A program made the position numbers and the translations under genes. A DNA stretch of 64,000 nucleotides from the human T2T-CHM13v2.0 reference genome, Homo sapiens: assembly GCF_009914755.1 (NCBI RefSeq), contig NC_060937.1. One strand, written 5' to 3'. Shown piece by piece: positions 29,061 through 44,030 of the stretch. Each line of letters opens with the position of its first letter. Position 1 is the stretch's first letter. The notes below the pieces were generated by a model. It saw only the letters and a program-made list of their open reading frames with translations. It was not told the DNA's origin and did no database searches.

Positions 29061-31627
29061 TTACTGTGGGAATAGTTTGAGAACTCTCATGACGCTTACT
29101 CCTCCAGAAAGAGATTATGTTCCTTTGTGTCATGTGCCCAGTATAACCAGAAATCAAGGCTTGCCTTAATTTAATTTCACAAAATGAGATGATTTTAAGC
29201 CTTGCTATAATATAGGCTCTAGTAAGAGCACTACCTACCTGTTACCCTTACTTATGGGGAAGTCTTTTGAGTCCTAACTTAAAATAAATGGAAAATTTAC
29301 TAGCTGCCTTCAAACTGACAAGACTTGGGATTCCCTTTTTTTTTTTTTTTTTTTTTTTTATAAAAAAAAAAAAGCTCTAGCACCTTGAAGTTGTTAGTGG
29401 TGCTAAGCATCTCTGGTTCTTAGTGCCCTTTTCAGAGGATAAGAAAAGCAGTCCCTAATTCTAGGCTCAGTTCTACATGTTTATATCATCTCTTAAGTTT
29501 TAGTTCAGTAATTTGTCACTGACTTTTAAATTGTCAGATGCCTTTCAGCAGACATTTTAATGTTTGAAATAGTATGTTTAATGATGTTTACTGGCAAGAT
29601 CAATAAAACAAACACACACACAAAGAAATAAAAACTAGCGACATTTCAAGGTAAAGTTTCATCATTAAAACAGGAGTAATGTCAAAGGCTAAGATGCAAG
29701 CATACAATATGAACTCATTTTATTGTTTAAATTATTTTACTATGCCAAAGTTATATTAAGATTTAAAACTCCTCTAATTTAGTATTGCAGCTTAGTCACT
29801 ATGATCAATTCTCTCAAAGATAACAACAAAAAAAGGATGGATGAAAACTGCATGTTAAAACGGATCAAAGAGTTAATGATATAACAAGGGATTACTGAAA
29901 ATCTACAAAAAAAATGCATTTCCAGCTTAGAATAAAGAAAAGTAAGCCTGGTATTTAAAATTGCTTTAGTCTAAAGATCAAAGAAAGTGGTAAATATGTG
30001 GATAAATCTGAGAAAATTTAACTTTATTATAGAGTATTATCAATATCATGGAGTCTTGGAATTACACAGCAAAGTAATCCATGCATTTGAATAGAACTAA
30101 TCCTAAGAGAGGTTAATATTCTAAGATATTTGTAATGTTCAGGAGATGGGTAAACATATCTGTTAATATTAAGCTTGATGGAATGCAGAAAACTATTGTA
30201 TATGTTTCTATTAGTGACTAATGAAAACAGTGTAAAACTTTTAAACTACTTGAGAGAAAAAAGAAATTATAATACATATTATATCCAAAAGAGTGTGGAT
30301 TATCTTTTATCCCAGCTCTGGCTGTGACTCCCAAACTGGGTCATCCTCCAGGAAAATGGTCTCTCCAACCAACTGGGATCTGTAACTCCAATTCAGTCCT
30401 CATCTTTGTGGGTTGCCCCTTTCATCCTGTTCAGGCTCTGACTTGCTGAACTGAGCTGCCCCTTTAATGGACCCACTGTTCACCTGGCTCAAGCTCCAAT
30501 CCTCCAGGCTGGAGAGCCATAACCCTCCACCACCGCATGTGAATATCCATCTCCTCCTGTTTGTAGTTCGACACCCACACAAGCTCAGCATTTTGTGAAG
30601 ATCATCTCTTAACACTTCTTGGTCTCTAATATCCCACAAATGTCCGTTGGAATGGGAAGGCTGCCTCCACTGGACAACGTAGGCTGTCCTGTGAAACATC
30701 AAGTAAGGAATATGAAGATTTCACAATTTTTGTGAAGTTGAAAATAAATTATTCCCCAAATTAAGGAAGAATAGAATAAAATACGTAATCAGAGCCCCTT
30801 ACTATCTGAAAGTATTCTTTTTAAACCTCTGCATGGCATTTGGGACTAGAGTCACGCTTTATTTTTACTGTCTAAAGAAAGCAATAGGCTAAGATACTAT
30901 CAGTTTGGTTTTAGTTCATTGACCTTTTGAGGTGTGTAATTTACCCTATTTTTTCTAACTAATCATTTTGAGTTATATCAAGTTCATAGATAATTATTCA
31001 TTTTAATGTTTCCCCTTTTCTTTCTCTGCTACTTTATCTTTCTCTCCCTTATTCTTTCTTACTCCTTTTCTCTCTTTTTTCCCTTCTTTATTTCCTCTGT
31101 TTGCCTATCAATTTTAGATTATTTGTTTGTGTTGCATTTAATACAGCTTTGTAAGCCACATTAAAATGTTTCTGGAAGATGATCAACTTTAAGTAAATAG
31201 ATGAATTAAATAAATAACAGCATAAAGTATGATTTACATTGGAATCCATTTGGTTTCCTGTTTATACACTATATTAAAATTTTACATCAAAATTATATGG
31301 CAGTAAGAGGAAAATACCAAAGAGAAAAAAAAGAATAAAGTTTGTAAATACATTTGAGAAGCATAAATAAAATAGAAATAAAAAACTGCGAATAGTTAAA
31401 GCCACCAGCCTATTGAACTCTATGCCTGGAGACCAATAGAGAGAACCACATCATGTTTTAATTACTACAGAATTAGGAAAGGTAGTCACGTAAAGGATTA
31501 GTTGCTTGAAAACAATGACTGGTGTAATCTGCTTGCTCCTAATATAAGGCTAAATATTACATTGTTGATTGCCTCCTTGGGATATAACTTAGATTTAAAT
31601 GAAGTGATGTGAGAGATTTGAACACAG

Positions 31628-31630
<3 letters not shown>

Positions 31631-31661
<31 letters not shown>

Positions 31662-31679
31662 CACACACACAAACACACA
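31631..31679 (+). repeat. (CA)n microsatellite
   Basis: Interrupted ca run. Confidence 0.95.
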
Positions 31680-31680
31680 T

Positions 31681-31910
31681 TATGAATGTTTATGTCCCCA
31701 CCTCCCAATTTGTATGTTCAAATTCTACCACATTAGAATGAGGACATAGGGCCTTTGGAGGGATGATTAGATTATGAGGTCAGGGCCCTCAAGAACTGGA
31801 TTAATATCCTTATAGGAGATCCAAAAGACATCCCTTTTGCCTTCTGCCATGTGAGAACATAACAAGAGAGCACATTTATTTTCTTATACCAGTCCAAAAG
31901 GACTAAAATA
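31681..31910 (+). mobile_element. MLT1A-type MaLR LTR, internally deleted
   Basis: gaatgtttatgtcccc...gggcctttggagggatgattagattatgagg...cttctgccatgtgagaac...gactaaaata. Confidence 0.8.
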
Positions 31911-32794
31911 TGTGGAATAATATGTACCTGTGTGTGTTCATTTGTGTTTGTGTATGTTCGTATAGTTCTCAAATCAAGAACTGACATATCCTACTGGCTT
32001 TTTGGCAGAATCCAAGATATCTTCACTATCACTCTGGGGCAAGGTATCTGAGTTCATCATACAAGCTTTAGTTCTAGACTGAAGGCCTCAGAGAACTGAG
32101 GGGAGACAACTATAAAACCAAAGATAAGCCATCCCACTCAAAATGATACTGCACACCAAAATTCTAAATTAGATATGTTAGAAAAATTATTCAACTCTCC
32201 CAAGGCAGCCATCACAAATAAACAACTAGATAATTAACAAATAACTTTAAAGAGTAATATCATAAAATAATTTAAGATACTTAAGTAAAAATATATTGAG
32301 ATTACCCACAGAAGTAAATAGCAAGAAATAATGGAGCAAAATCACACAGAAATGAAAGAAATGAGGGCATAAAAACATAAATCATAGAATGAAGAACATA
32401 GTCATTGAATTAATAATATAATGAAACAAGTATATAATATTAATCCTTAACCAAATGAATTCTTATCTATATCAAAAGCAATCAATCTGGAAATTTAATA
32501 TATTGAGATTAATATTCTTATTAATAACAAACATTATAGAGTTTATGGAAATAAATTGTGCAAATGTGCAAAACTTTTAGGAAGAAAATGATAAAGCAGC
32601 ATTAAAAGATAAAAATCCATTAATAAATGGAAACAATATCACAATGAATTAGAAAACCCAACTTCATGAAGACAGGAATTTTACATGTGTTAATGGGTAA
32701 ATTCAGTGATACTCCATTCAAAAATTTAATAGTTTTCCTTGTTTGTTCATAAAAATTGTCTAACATACTAAAATCCATAAGAAATATTAAATGG

Positions 32795-33405
32795 GACTTC
32801 TATTTCAACCTAAGATTCACTAACAGTGAGTTACGTTCCTTAATGAAACAAACAAAAAAAAATACCAAAACACTTTAACAGCAGATTTCAACACACTGAG
32901 CAGCACAAGGAAAGTGATTGTAAGAGATGAAAAGCAAATGAGGTTACACCTCTGATTGTCTAAGCTCCCTTCCTTTAGAGAGTTTCCAGGCCTTGGCACA
33001 GAAAGAAGGAATACAGGCAGAGCCGAAGAGACTTCCTAATTTTGAGGAGAGAGCTGAAAGGTCACTGACACCAAGGTGACAACAGTGGTTCACAAATCAG
33101 AGTAATAACGAGGAGGTAACATCCAGCAGAAATATGCATAGGGTTCCTCCTGAATAGTCAGCTGAATATTGATCAGTACATATGTGTGAGAAAAACACAT
33201 GAGGCCAGGGAAAGATCTGCATTAAACAATTAGTGGCAATAATACCAGTGTCCTGAACTCACAGGGCATCTTTTCATTAGCCAGTTTGGAAAACTTCATG
33301 ATTCACAGGGCACTGAGTGAGTACACAGAAGGGTGCAGTCTCAGTAGTGGGAAATAATTACCCCTAAACTGAGCGCTTCTCGGGTCCTACCTGACAAATC
33401 TTACA
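32795..33405 (+). mobile_element. L1MC/MD 5' region fragment
   Basis: ggacttctatttc...agagagtttccaggcc...gagaaaaacacatgaggccagggaaaga; older L1 ORF fragments lie upstream at ~32100-32790. Confidence 0.5.
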
Positions 33406-33654
33406 ACTATCAGGTCAATTATCCCTCCAGGATGGTAAAGAAACTAAGAAACCTAAGGTAGCCTCATTTTGGAGGGCTAACCATAGCCACCTGTAAGTTA
33501 AATAATGGCATGATGGGTTGTTGTGTTTCCTTAACACTAAAGGTCTCTTATACACTAAGGTACAAGTGGCTATGTTTTCAGAAAAAGGATTTATTTTTAT
33601 TTTTATTTTTTTACAAATATTAACAAAATCTATTTTTAATTTTTTATATATATA

Positions 33655-33876
33655 TATTATTATTATTATACTTTAAGTTTTAGGGTACATGTGCACAATG
33701 TGCAGGTTAGTTACATATGTATACATGTGCCATGCTGGTGTGCTGCACCCATTAACTCATCATTTAGCATTAGGTATATCTCCTAATGCTATCCCTCCCC
33801 CCTCCCCCCACCCCACAACAGTCCCCAGAGTGTGATGTTCCCCTTCCTGTGTCCATGTGTTCTCATTGTTCAATTC
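33655..33876 (-). mobile_element. Young 5'-truncated L1PA (L1PA2/3-like) 3'UTR
   Basis: ttattatactttaagttttagggtacatgtgcacaatgtgcaggttagttacatatgtatacatgtgcc...acagtccccagagtgtgatgttcccc...ctcattgttcaattc. Confidence 0.95.
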
Positions 33877-34834
33877 GATGTTTTAATGACTGGCTTAAAA
33901 TAAGTAATACAACCCAGTGGTCTGATATCCCCAGAAAGAAAAAGTGTTCATTGAAATTATTGGGACTCCCCTGTCCCCACACGCATACAAGGGAAATACA
34001 TCAGTTAGTAGGTACAGGTTGACAGTGTGTCTAGTATGGTCTCCCAGCCACTTGGTAGGCCATAAGTTTCACAGTCCACTTTGAATAATCAAGTCAAGTT
34101 TTGTTTTTCAAGAACTGTCTAAGGGCAATAAGTTCAATCTGTCTTCTTGTCCTTGACATCAGCCAGGCAACAATCATCTATTACGTAGAATGACAAGTGA
34201 CAGTAACAAGAATGGAGACGGAGAAAACATCCATAGTAGTTGACAGGTGTTTTGTATGAGAAGTGCAGGATCTGGGGACATCTCCTGTTGTTTCTGATAG
34301 ATGAGAGTCATCTGGCCGACATGACATTTTCAAGATTGAGTCCAATTTAAAGGTCTTGCAATGGTGTGAAGACCTGAACCAGGGTGTCTTCCTTAATGAG
34401 AAAGGATTCAGAGGTGGCTTCAAAAGAGAAACACCACTAATGCCTCTCCCAGTCCCAGATGTCCTGTGTTCTAAGGTGATTCTTCTCTAGGGTACTTGAG
34501 TTGTTGCTCTCCCTCCACCACTACAAAAATCATGGTGTACCACTACAGTAGCTATACATTTTTCTTTTGCCCAGTAATCTTCTTCTCATACATAGATCTT
34601 TCTTCTGGAACGTCAGATGTAAGAGGGACCAGGTAATTTTATATAACTTATAAAATCTCATTACATCTCTTACTTTGACTAAGTCTAAGGGGGACTCAGC
34701 AAGGAGTGTATTCAACAAATGGTAACTATCATTGTGGTTAGTTACCATGTAACCATAGTGGTTAGGACCATGTAAATCCAATAAGAAAATGCAAGTGATT
34801 GAAACAGATAAATTTGAATCACTTAAGTCATCAT

Positions 34835-35595
<761 letters not shown>

Positions 35596-36248
35596 CCTAG
35601 GCCTTCTTTTAACTGTGTGACATTGTTAGGGCAGGACACGTTGATACCTGAAAGTTTTACTAACCACTTCAGACTTGGTTGCCATAGGTGAAAGAAGAAA
35701 ATATAATGTCCAGGAGCAGTCAGGATGGAATTCCAAATTTCCAAAAAAGCCTATGTATTACCTATACCTTTATCTTCATCATTATCTAGACTGAGAGGAG
35801 ATAATCACTTTCTGAAGGTAACACATTTAGAGACCAAATTGCCTTAGTAGGGTCAAAGAAGTCAACAAGATAGTCAGAATATTTGAATGCATTTTTAGGA
35901 GACCATTCAAGTGCTCAACAATACCAGTTATAAATGAATGGTGGAAATGTGGAAGTCCCATTAAATAACTTGACATGAGCATTCAGTGGCTTTTGAGATA
36001 AAAGGTGCACCACTGTTAGTTGGGAAATGACCTGAAAAGCTGGAATTATGATAAACAATAGTTTCAAGAGTTAATGTGATGCAGCCAAAATCAGCTGATC
36101 ACCCTGCAGCAGCAGCAGCATCATAACCTGATAACCTGAGAAAGTATCATCACTGGTACCTCTCAGACAGGGCTCAAAAATCATATGCAGTCAATCTTCC
36201 AGTAACAGGTGGAACAATGACATCCCAATTAGGTCAACTTTTGTCAAA

Positions 36249-36252
<4 letters not shown>

Positions 36253-36301
<49 letters not shown>

Positions 36302-36443
36302 AGCAGTGGTATATATATATGTGTATATATATATATCAAGGTAATTTATATAACTTATAAAATCTCTTGTCAATCTTTTTTATATAGTTTTTATAGATTG
36401 GCTTTTTATATATATTTGCTCTCTCTCTCTATATATATATATA
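36253..36443. repeat. Compound (TA)n/(CT)n insertion inside ERV integrase N-terminus
   Basis: About 22 TA units followed by mixed TA-rich sequence; gcaagcagt occurs at both ~36299 and ~36444. Confidence 0.9.
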
Positions 36444-39299
36444 GCAAGCAGTTATAGTTGTACCCTCTGCATTGGAAATGCAGATTTACTTAGAGCCCAA
36501 TCTGTGTGGACAATGTGTTTCCATGCCTGGTATGATGATGAATATAGGCAGAAATGTTGGGAACTTGGGTGTTATTTAATCAGCAATTTGTTTTCATTCA
36601 GCGTCTTCAGAGAATGTTCCCTTACAGTTGTCACCTAAATGTGTAGCCCAGATGGTTTGTTCAAAGACTGCAATTTGTTCTATAGTAAGTGGTCCTAAAG
36701 ATGTGTCTTAAATCTACCAGCCTATAGTTTTCTGCATGCCAGATAAAGAGCCAGACCATTAGCAAAGACCCAAGGGTCAGTAGAAGGATAACAAATTTCA
36801 TTAAGTATTGGGCAGAGCTATGAAAATGACCTTGAGGGAGACAACCATATCAATTTTTGGTTTGTCTTTGAGGATCAACAGCAATAGCAACCTCATGGAC
36901 ACCATCACGTTTCAGATTATGTAAATAATTGTTGAACCAGGCATGGAATTTAGTGGAATCTCTGTTAATTGAGAGTCCAGGTGATTCAACAGCTTTACAT
37001 TAGGTAGCACAGTCAAGAGTAAATTTTCCTCTAAAGTGACAGCTCCTAAATTTTCATGCAAAGGTGAGATAATCTGTTGTCTGTATTCTTGAATATTTAT
37101 ACCCATTTAACAAGTAAGTCTTGTTGGATACTGCTTGACTTGCTAACTCTTGGGTTTAAGTTGATCCACCTCCAAATGACAGTATCATGTCAGAGAGTCA
37201 CAGACCTCCATGTGTCAGAAGTTGAGTTTCAACAGGAACAAAATAGCAAGCTAACAGATTATTCTAAAAATTAGTACAATTAGTAACAACAAATGTATGG
37301 AAGACTAGCTCAAAACAAAAGGCGTTCCTCTAAACAGAAGCTGTTTCTCTTTGCCAGAAGCCCCAAATATCAGAATCATCATTCATAGAGACATGTGGTT
37401 CAAAGAAGTTACAAGTGTTGTGGTGCCCCAAATATAGAGTATATTACAGCTTGCTGGACAGTTTCTATTGGGTTATGTCTACTGATTTGGATGCTAACCA
37501 AAAAATTTAATGTGTGAGTTAGCTTAAGGACTAAGGAACAAGTAGAATACCCAAGTGAGGCACAAGCCTTTTCCAATAATAAAGAGCATAGTAGGTGGGA
37601 AGCTATTTTTATGTGGAGGGCAGCTGAGAAGTTGTTTCCTGACTGCCAGAGGAATTAATCACTGTGAATACACTGACATATTTCCAAGAAAGTTTACTTG
37701 CCAATCAGTGCTCTAACTTTTGTCAGGTTTTATCATTCCAACCTTCTGGAGGAGGTGTGATAGCGCCAAGGTCAGGGGCATTGAATCCGAGTCATTGCCA
37801 TCCAACAGAACATTATCTGCATAGTCGAAGCTTTGACATCAGAAGGTAGAGGCACTCACACTAAATCTTGGCACACTCAAGGCTGGCTGGAAAGTTTAGA
37901 TGGTCCTGTAGGAGTACTACAAAAATACATTGGAGCCTTTGTGACATGCATGTTAATGGATCTTGATCCTGATATTTCTGAGTACAATGGAACAGCCAGA
38001 GCCGTAGGAGCAACAACTTAATCCATTGCAAGCTTCCTATATCACTGGGAACAGAGGGCATATTGAGATATTGCATCTCATACTACTTTCTACTGCCTTT
38101 AAATCTTTAATTAAGGTAGTGATTTCTCCTTTCTCCTCCTGGCATTCTAAACTGATTATGTTGAATCCCCCAGGAGATTATAGGGAGGCATATTGGCTAG
38201 CCATGTATTTGTCTCATTAGCACTTCTATACATGCGGCTTTTTCTGATTGAGAGAATGCTCTCTGGCACTATGGGACGGGAGGCACAAGCATATGACATA
38301 TTCATTTCCAGTAAACTTTATTATATAAAATCAATAATAATAAAATGAATTTACCCAAAGGACCCTGCCCACGGGGTCTTATTAGCTTTCTTACCTCACT
38401 GTGAATCCTGCCCAAACACTGATAGTTGAATAAGTGTACCTTTGTCTTCCACAGTTATGGGTAGGATGGCAAGTTTGGGTCTCATATCCAACAGAACTAT
38501 AATTATTTAAATCTCTTCGTTCAAAATTCTGAAGCATAGTCAGATGGATACATATGGACTTTGATTCTCTTGATGTTAATGTCTGCTTAGCCCAATCTTT
38601 ATATCTTTCACCTTTTATCTTTCATCCCCACCTTATATCTTTCACTATAAAGTCCCAGCATTCTGGATATAAGGGAAATGATTGATAAGGGCACACAGAG
38701 GGAGTGAAGTCTCCAGTGAAAAGGGCTTTGCATTTACTTTGTGTACTGAGGGCATAGTAACAACTATGGCCTAACCAAATAAATGTTCCCATGTTTTCAT
38801 CCAATGTTCCATATTAGACAGTGAGAATTTCATTGCTAAGACCATTTTAGCCTTTGGTATCCCTTGGCTCTTCTCCAGAAGAAGCCACTTATTCTACTTC
38901 CCAAGGCTGCTCAGTATGCAAACGTCTATGAAAAGATAGTTCAGAATAAAATCACTGCCTCGGTTTGCAAGATATGTAGTAATGTAAGTGATCCAACATG
39001 AATTCTCTTTCAGCAGTTGTAATAGCATAATTTTTTGATGTTTTTCTTCTTGTTTTCAGAAATAAAGTAAGAATTAAAACCATATTTAACTCTTTTTATG
39101 TTAAACAATTCTCAGCCAAACATGTATACCTGTCCCTGTCTAAATAATAATTTGATAAAGTATACTTAGCTGTGTTTGTACTAACCAACATTGGAATTAA
39201 GTAAAAATTGTTTTCATTCTGCAAAATAATTTCTTCTTAAGACTCGACTGTGAATCAACTAAAATAATTTCATTATCAAGACTTATACATGGCTCAACC

Positions 39300-39543
39300 A
39301 TCAATACACACACATATCAAACAAGTGCCTCCCTATGCCCATCAATGCAAAATTATTAGATAATAAGCTACATTGAATCCTAAATAGATCCCCATATGGA
39401 AAAACCCTTCTTAAATTTATACAGACCAGAGCTAAAATTCATCTGAAACACTGTTTCCTCCTTGAAAGACATGATAGGCTCTGTCAAGGTGGTGTTGTTT
39501 TATGGCAGTAATATAATAAAGTTTGCTTTGTTTGATCAACAGG
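39300..39543 (+). mobile_element. Old ERV1-type LTR fragment (MER89/90/92-like)
   Basis: ggctctgtcaaggtggtgtt...aataaagtttgctttgtttgatcaacagg. Confidence 0.45.
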
Positions 39544-40847
39544 AAGAATGCTCAAGCTATAAATGAGAACAAAATAATTTTATATGGTTAACCTTTGCTA
39601 TTAATGATTTTGAAACTTGATATTAATTGTCCTTAATGCATCATCACTTGACAAGACAATCTAACAGCATAAGTAGAGAGAGATAAATATTCCATATTTG
39701 AACAAAGCAACCCTAAGAGTAATTGGACTAATACTGAAAACAGACACATTTCATTTCCAATATGAAATGCACTAATATTTTGTAAGGTAGAATAGTATTA
39801 ATAGATTTAGATTTTAATTTATCTTGAGTACTGAAATGTACCTGAGCACATTACTAGTGCTCAAGTCCCCTCACGTCCTAGATAGTTATAATACAACTTG
39901 CAACTGGGATTCTCGCACTTTCTACCTGGCAAATTTGAATACAATTTTAGTGTGATTTGAGTTTTGCCATTGCTTATTTTTGCAAATCACATATATTTTA
40001 GAAAATTAAATATCTAAATAGTTAACCCCCCCAAATGTTGACACCTAAAATTTGTGTTATTTTCAACAAATATTTTAAGCATATATATGTATGCAATTTT
40101 ATTCCTAGTAAACAAAGAATTTATGTGTTGTTTTCATGTTATCACTAAACAAAATGATTTTATTACATGAGTTTATAAAAAGTGTTGTATAGCAGTTCAT
40201 TTTTACTTCACTCAAGTAACAAATATTTTAGCTCACAGCACACTTTTTAATTCTTCAAATTTCTACCAGCAAATTGAATAATATTGATCATAAAAAGTAT
40301 AATTTATGCTATTAGAGTAAAATTGTATATATTGTGGAATAAAATTAAAATAAATTGCTTTGTAAAATCATCTCTTAATTTACCTTTTTATGTTATCGGC
40401 ATTAATATAAAGAAACACAAGAAAAATAAGCATAACCACAAAATCTATTTTTAAACTTATCTTTGTTTTTTTTTTAATTTTTGAAATGTAAGCTTTTCAA
40501 CAGTTCTTTAATAAACCCTGGGGATTCTAGGATGTACTTTTTGTTGGATATAACTGAGGCCCTTAATTAGTCCTAATATTATTCCAGTATTGTATTTTGT
40601 TTTGTCTTCAACGATCACTGTACAAGAAAAAATAAAAATTTTACCACTTGGTGGTGCTGGTGGATAATATAAAAACCAAACTATTCCTGGAGCATATGTT
40701 GAGAGAGCTGGTTACGGTGATTAAATAAAATTAAGGGAAGGACAGCTTCATTCACCTCTGTCATTCCCTAGTTTTCATTTCTCCTTTTGACATAAAGAGT
40801 GTAAATTAGACACAATGGTTGCTACCGATGGCTTGGGTCCTTGCTAA

Positions 40848-41314
<467 letters not shown>

Positions 41315-41734
41315 CCGTTCATGTTTTTACGTGGCATGATGACCACTGAATTGTAACATTCTGTTCTTGGTGGAAATGCAAGTATTTTAACATGTAATTG
41401 ATGTGTTTATACCAAAATTAATAGTAAATGCATCTACAAACATGAGTAACTGTTCAATTATATTTGATGTCACAATATTTTCAGATACTGATAAACAAAT
41501 AGCTCAATGACATACATTATGTATAATAATTGTTAAAACTTTCCTTCAGAAGTATATTGCTCTCTCAAAAGAAAGCTCGCCTAAAGTGGTCACAGTTTTT
41601 CATATTTACTTGGCAGTGTTTTTTACTTAGCTCAGCTTCAGGTTTCCAATTTTAAAAATGTATATATTATACAATTTTTATGAAGTATCCAACTACATAT
41701 TTCTTCAGCCACATAAACACAAGAGATTATGTCA

Positions 41735-41738
<4 letters not shown>

Positions 41739-41781
<43 letters not shown>
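41739..41781. repeat. (TA)n microsatellite
   Basis: About 21 perfect at units. Confidence 0.95.
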
Positions 41782-41784
<3 letters not shown>

Positions 41785-42924
41785 ATATATTATTTATTAA
41801 CCGGGGGAAAGTCCATGAATTTCTTATGCCCAGAGTTAACATAGACTGTAGTGCTCTACAGGGGTTGTGATATGGCAAAATTATATGGGAAAGATTTTTA
41901 ATGATAAAATGAAAGTTTTCAGTGTTTGCTTCAGTTCAAAGAAAATAACCCAGCCGATACATATTCTTTGTCACATTGGTAAGCAGATACATTATTAACA
42001 TCTTTGACATGGAAGAAAGGCAGCCTGAGGGCCCCAAATTCTGCTTCTATACAGGTAAAAAAATAAGCATTTAATTCTTCTCCTGAACAACAACTGTTTT
42101 AAAGATAAGGCAAAGGATGACCCCAAATCCTATTTGTAACTGTACAAGCCCATTCAATCCCAGGGGTCATGTACTGCTTGATTTGAGTTTCCATTAATGC
42201 TTTTGATTATTTTAAATACATTTGGTAACAATGAAGGTGGTTAGTGAAAAACCGACCCACTTTGAAATGCATGCAATGATCATTATGAGAACCCGCAGTC
42301 TAAAAATTCACTGATAGAACTAAAACTCCATCATTCACCTTCTCTAATATAAAACATAATTACAGTGTGTGGGGTATGTTCATTAGCAGGATCTACTCAG
42401 AATCAATTAAAGAAAATTCTACTAGGCTGCCTAGTATAAGAATTTTTATCACAAATCTGTTACCATTAACTATGTTTTAGACCTACTGTACCTTAGGTTT
42501 GTTTTCCCAGTAATAAACTTTTGGATTGTTATTCTTATTCTTTGCAGATACAGCAAAAATAATTTCTTTATTTGATAAATTACTGATAGTTAGCTTTTTT
42601 ATCCAGGTCAATTTTTGACTCTCCCCTTCTTCTTCTTCTTAATTATTTTAAGGATAATAAACTAATTAAATAAACAAAACATAACAGATAACATGAAACA
42701 ATTGAAAACTACTCCAACAGAAGAAGCTGGACATCATTTCTCCCACCTATTGCATACATGCTGTATCATTTTATTTGCCAGAGAGGATAGAAATACTGAA
42801 TTGATTACATGTCAAAGAAAGTCTAATGCAATCATAGTTCAACCATTTACAATTTGGTCCATCACTTCAATTCTGGAATGCCATTTCTCACTTATAAAAT
42901 GGCAAGATTTGGCTATCAAGAGCC

Positions 42925-43203
42925 AAAAATATGATTAGTCTGAACTGAAATGTATGTAAGTTTGAAATATAAAACAGATTTCAAAGAATTAGTATAGAAA
43001 CAAGAATGTAAAGTACTTCATTAATAGTCATCATATATTGATTCCATGTTAAAAAGATAATATTTTGGATATTTTTGATTAAATGAAACATAATTAAGCC
43101 ATTTTAATTTATTTCCTTTTGATGTTTTATATGATTATTTTAAAGTTTAAAATTACATTGGTTTACAATTTTGGCTTGCATTAGCTTTCTATGGGATAGT
43201 TCT
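42925..43203. mobile_element. MER33 DNA transposon (hAT-Charlie)
   Basis: tagtctgaactgaaatgt...gatttcaaagaattagta...aagaatgtaaag...gataatattttggatat...aaaattacat...ggcttgcattagctttctatgggatag. Confidence 0.75.
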
Positions 43204-43318
43204 AGGACATAAACTTTAAAAGATTTTTTTGGTTGTTTTTTTTGTTCATGACAGAACAATAGATCTCAATTTTTACCAGTTATTTTGAACATGATATACT
43301 TGCTATTTCAGAATAGTC

Positions 43319-43587
43319 TTTTCAGTTAGTTAGGAGGAATGTGTTCTGATATTCTGTTGCACAACAAGGTAGCTATAATTAATGTCAATATGTTGTATAT
43401 TTCAAATTAGCTAAAAGGGGATTTTAAATGTTCTCATAAAAATACATAGGACATATTTGAGGTGATAGATATGCTTACTCTGATTTCATCATTTCACAAT
43501 GTATATATGTATCAAAACATCACATTGTACTCCATAAACATATATAATTATTATTTGTCAATTAAAAATAAAATACAATTTAAAAAT
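43319..43587 (+). mobile_element. L1MA (L1MA4-like) 3' end
   Basis: ttcagttagttaggaggaat...tgtatatttcaaattagcta...tgaggtgatagatatgc...atcaaaacatcacattgtac...ttgtcaattaaaaataaaa. Confidence 0.85.
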
Positions 43588-44009
43588 ATTTATTCATGTT
43601 TAATTTATTATTTTTATGGTGGTGTGTTTTCTTAATAAAATTTTTTTTTAAGATTTCAGAACTGTATTATTATTTGTACACTCAAGGTTGACAATCCAAC
43701 CAGGGTCAGTCTCTCAAAGAAAAAGAAAAAACATTCTTACCTGTGAGTTGATCTTTTTGCTAAAGGACATAATTTTGAGGGTAATTTTGGCAACTGTGAG
43801 AGAGGAAGGACACCTACTTGTTCAGTGAAAGCAGCCATCTCAAACCTACTTCTTAATTATCCAAAATCCTTACATGTCGTACTCTTTTCAGTCATGAAAA
43901 TTAAATTGAGATGCTAATTGTACCATATTCTATCACAGTATTGCAAATTATGTAGTTTAGGCTTAAAAACATACCTAAGTTTTAAGAGATATCCTTTTAT
44001 AGCTCATTT

Positions 44010-44030
44010 TGTGTGTGTGTGTGTGTGTGT
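44010..44030 (+). repeat. (TG)n microsatellite
   Basis: About 10 gt units followed by gatt/gata units. Confidence 0.9.
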
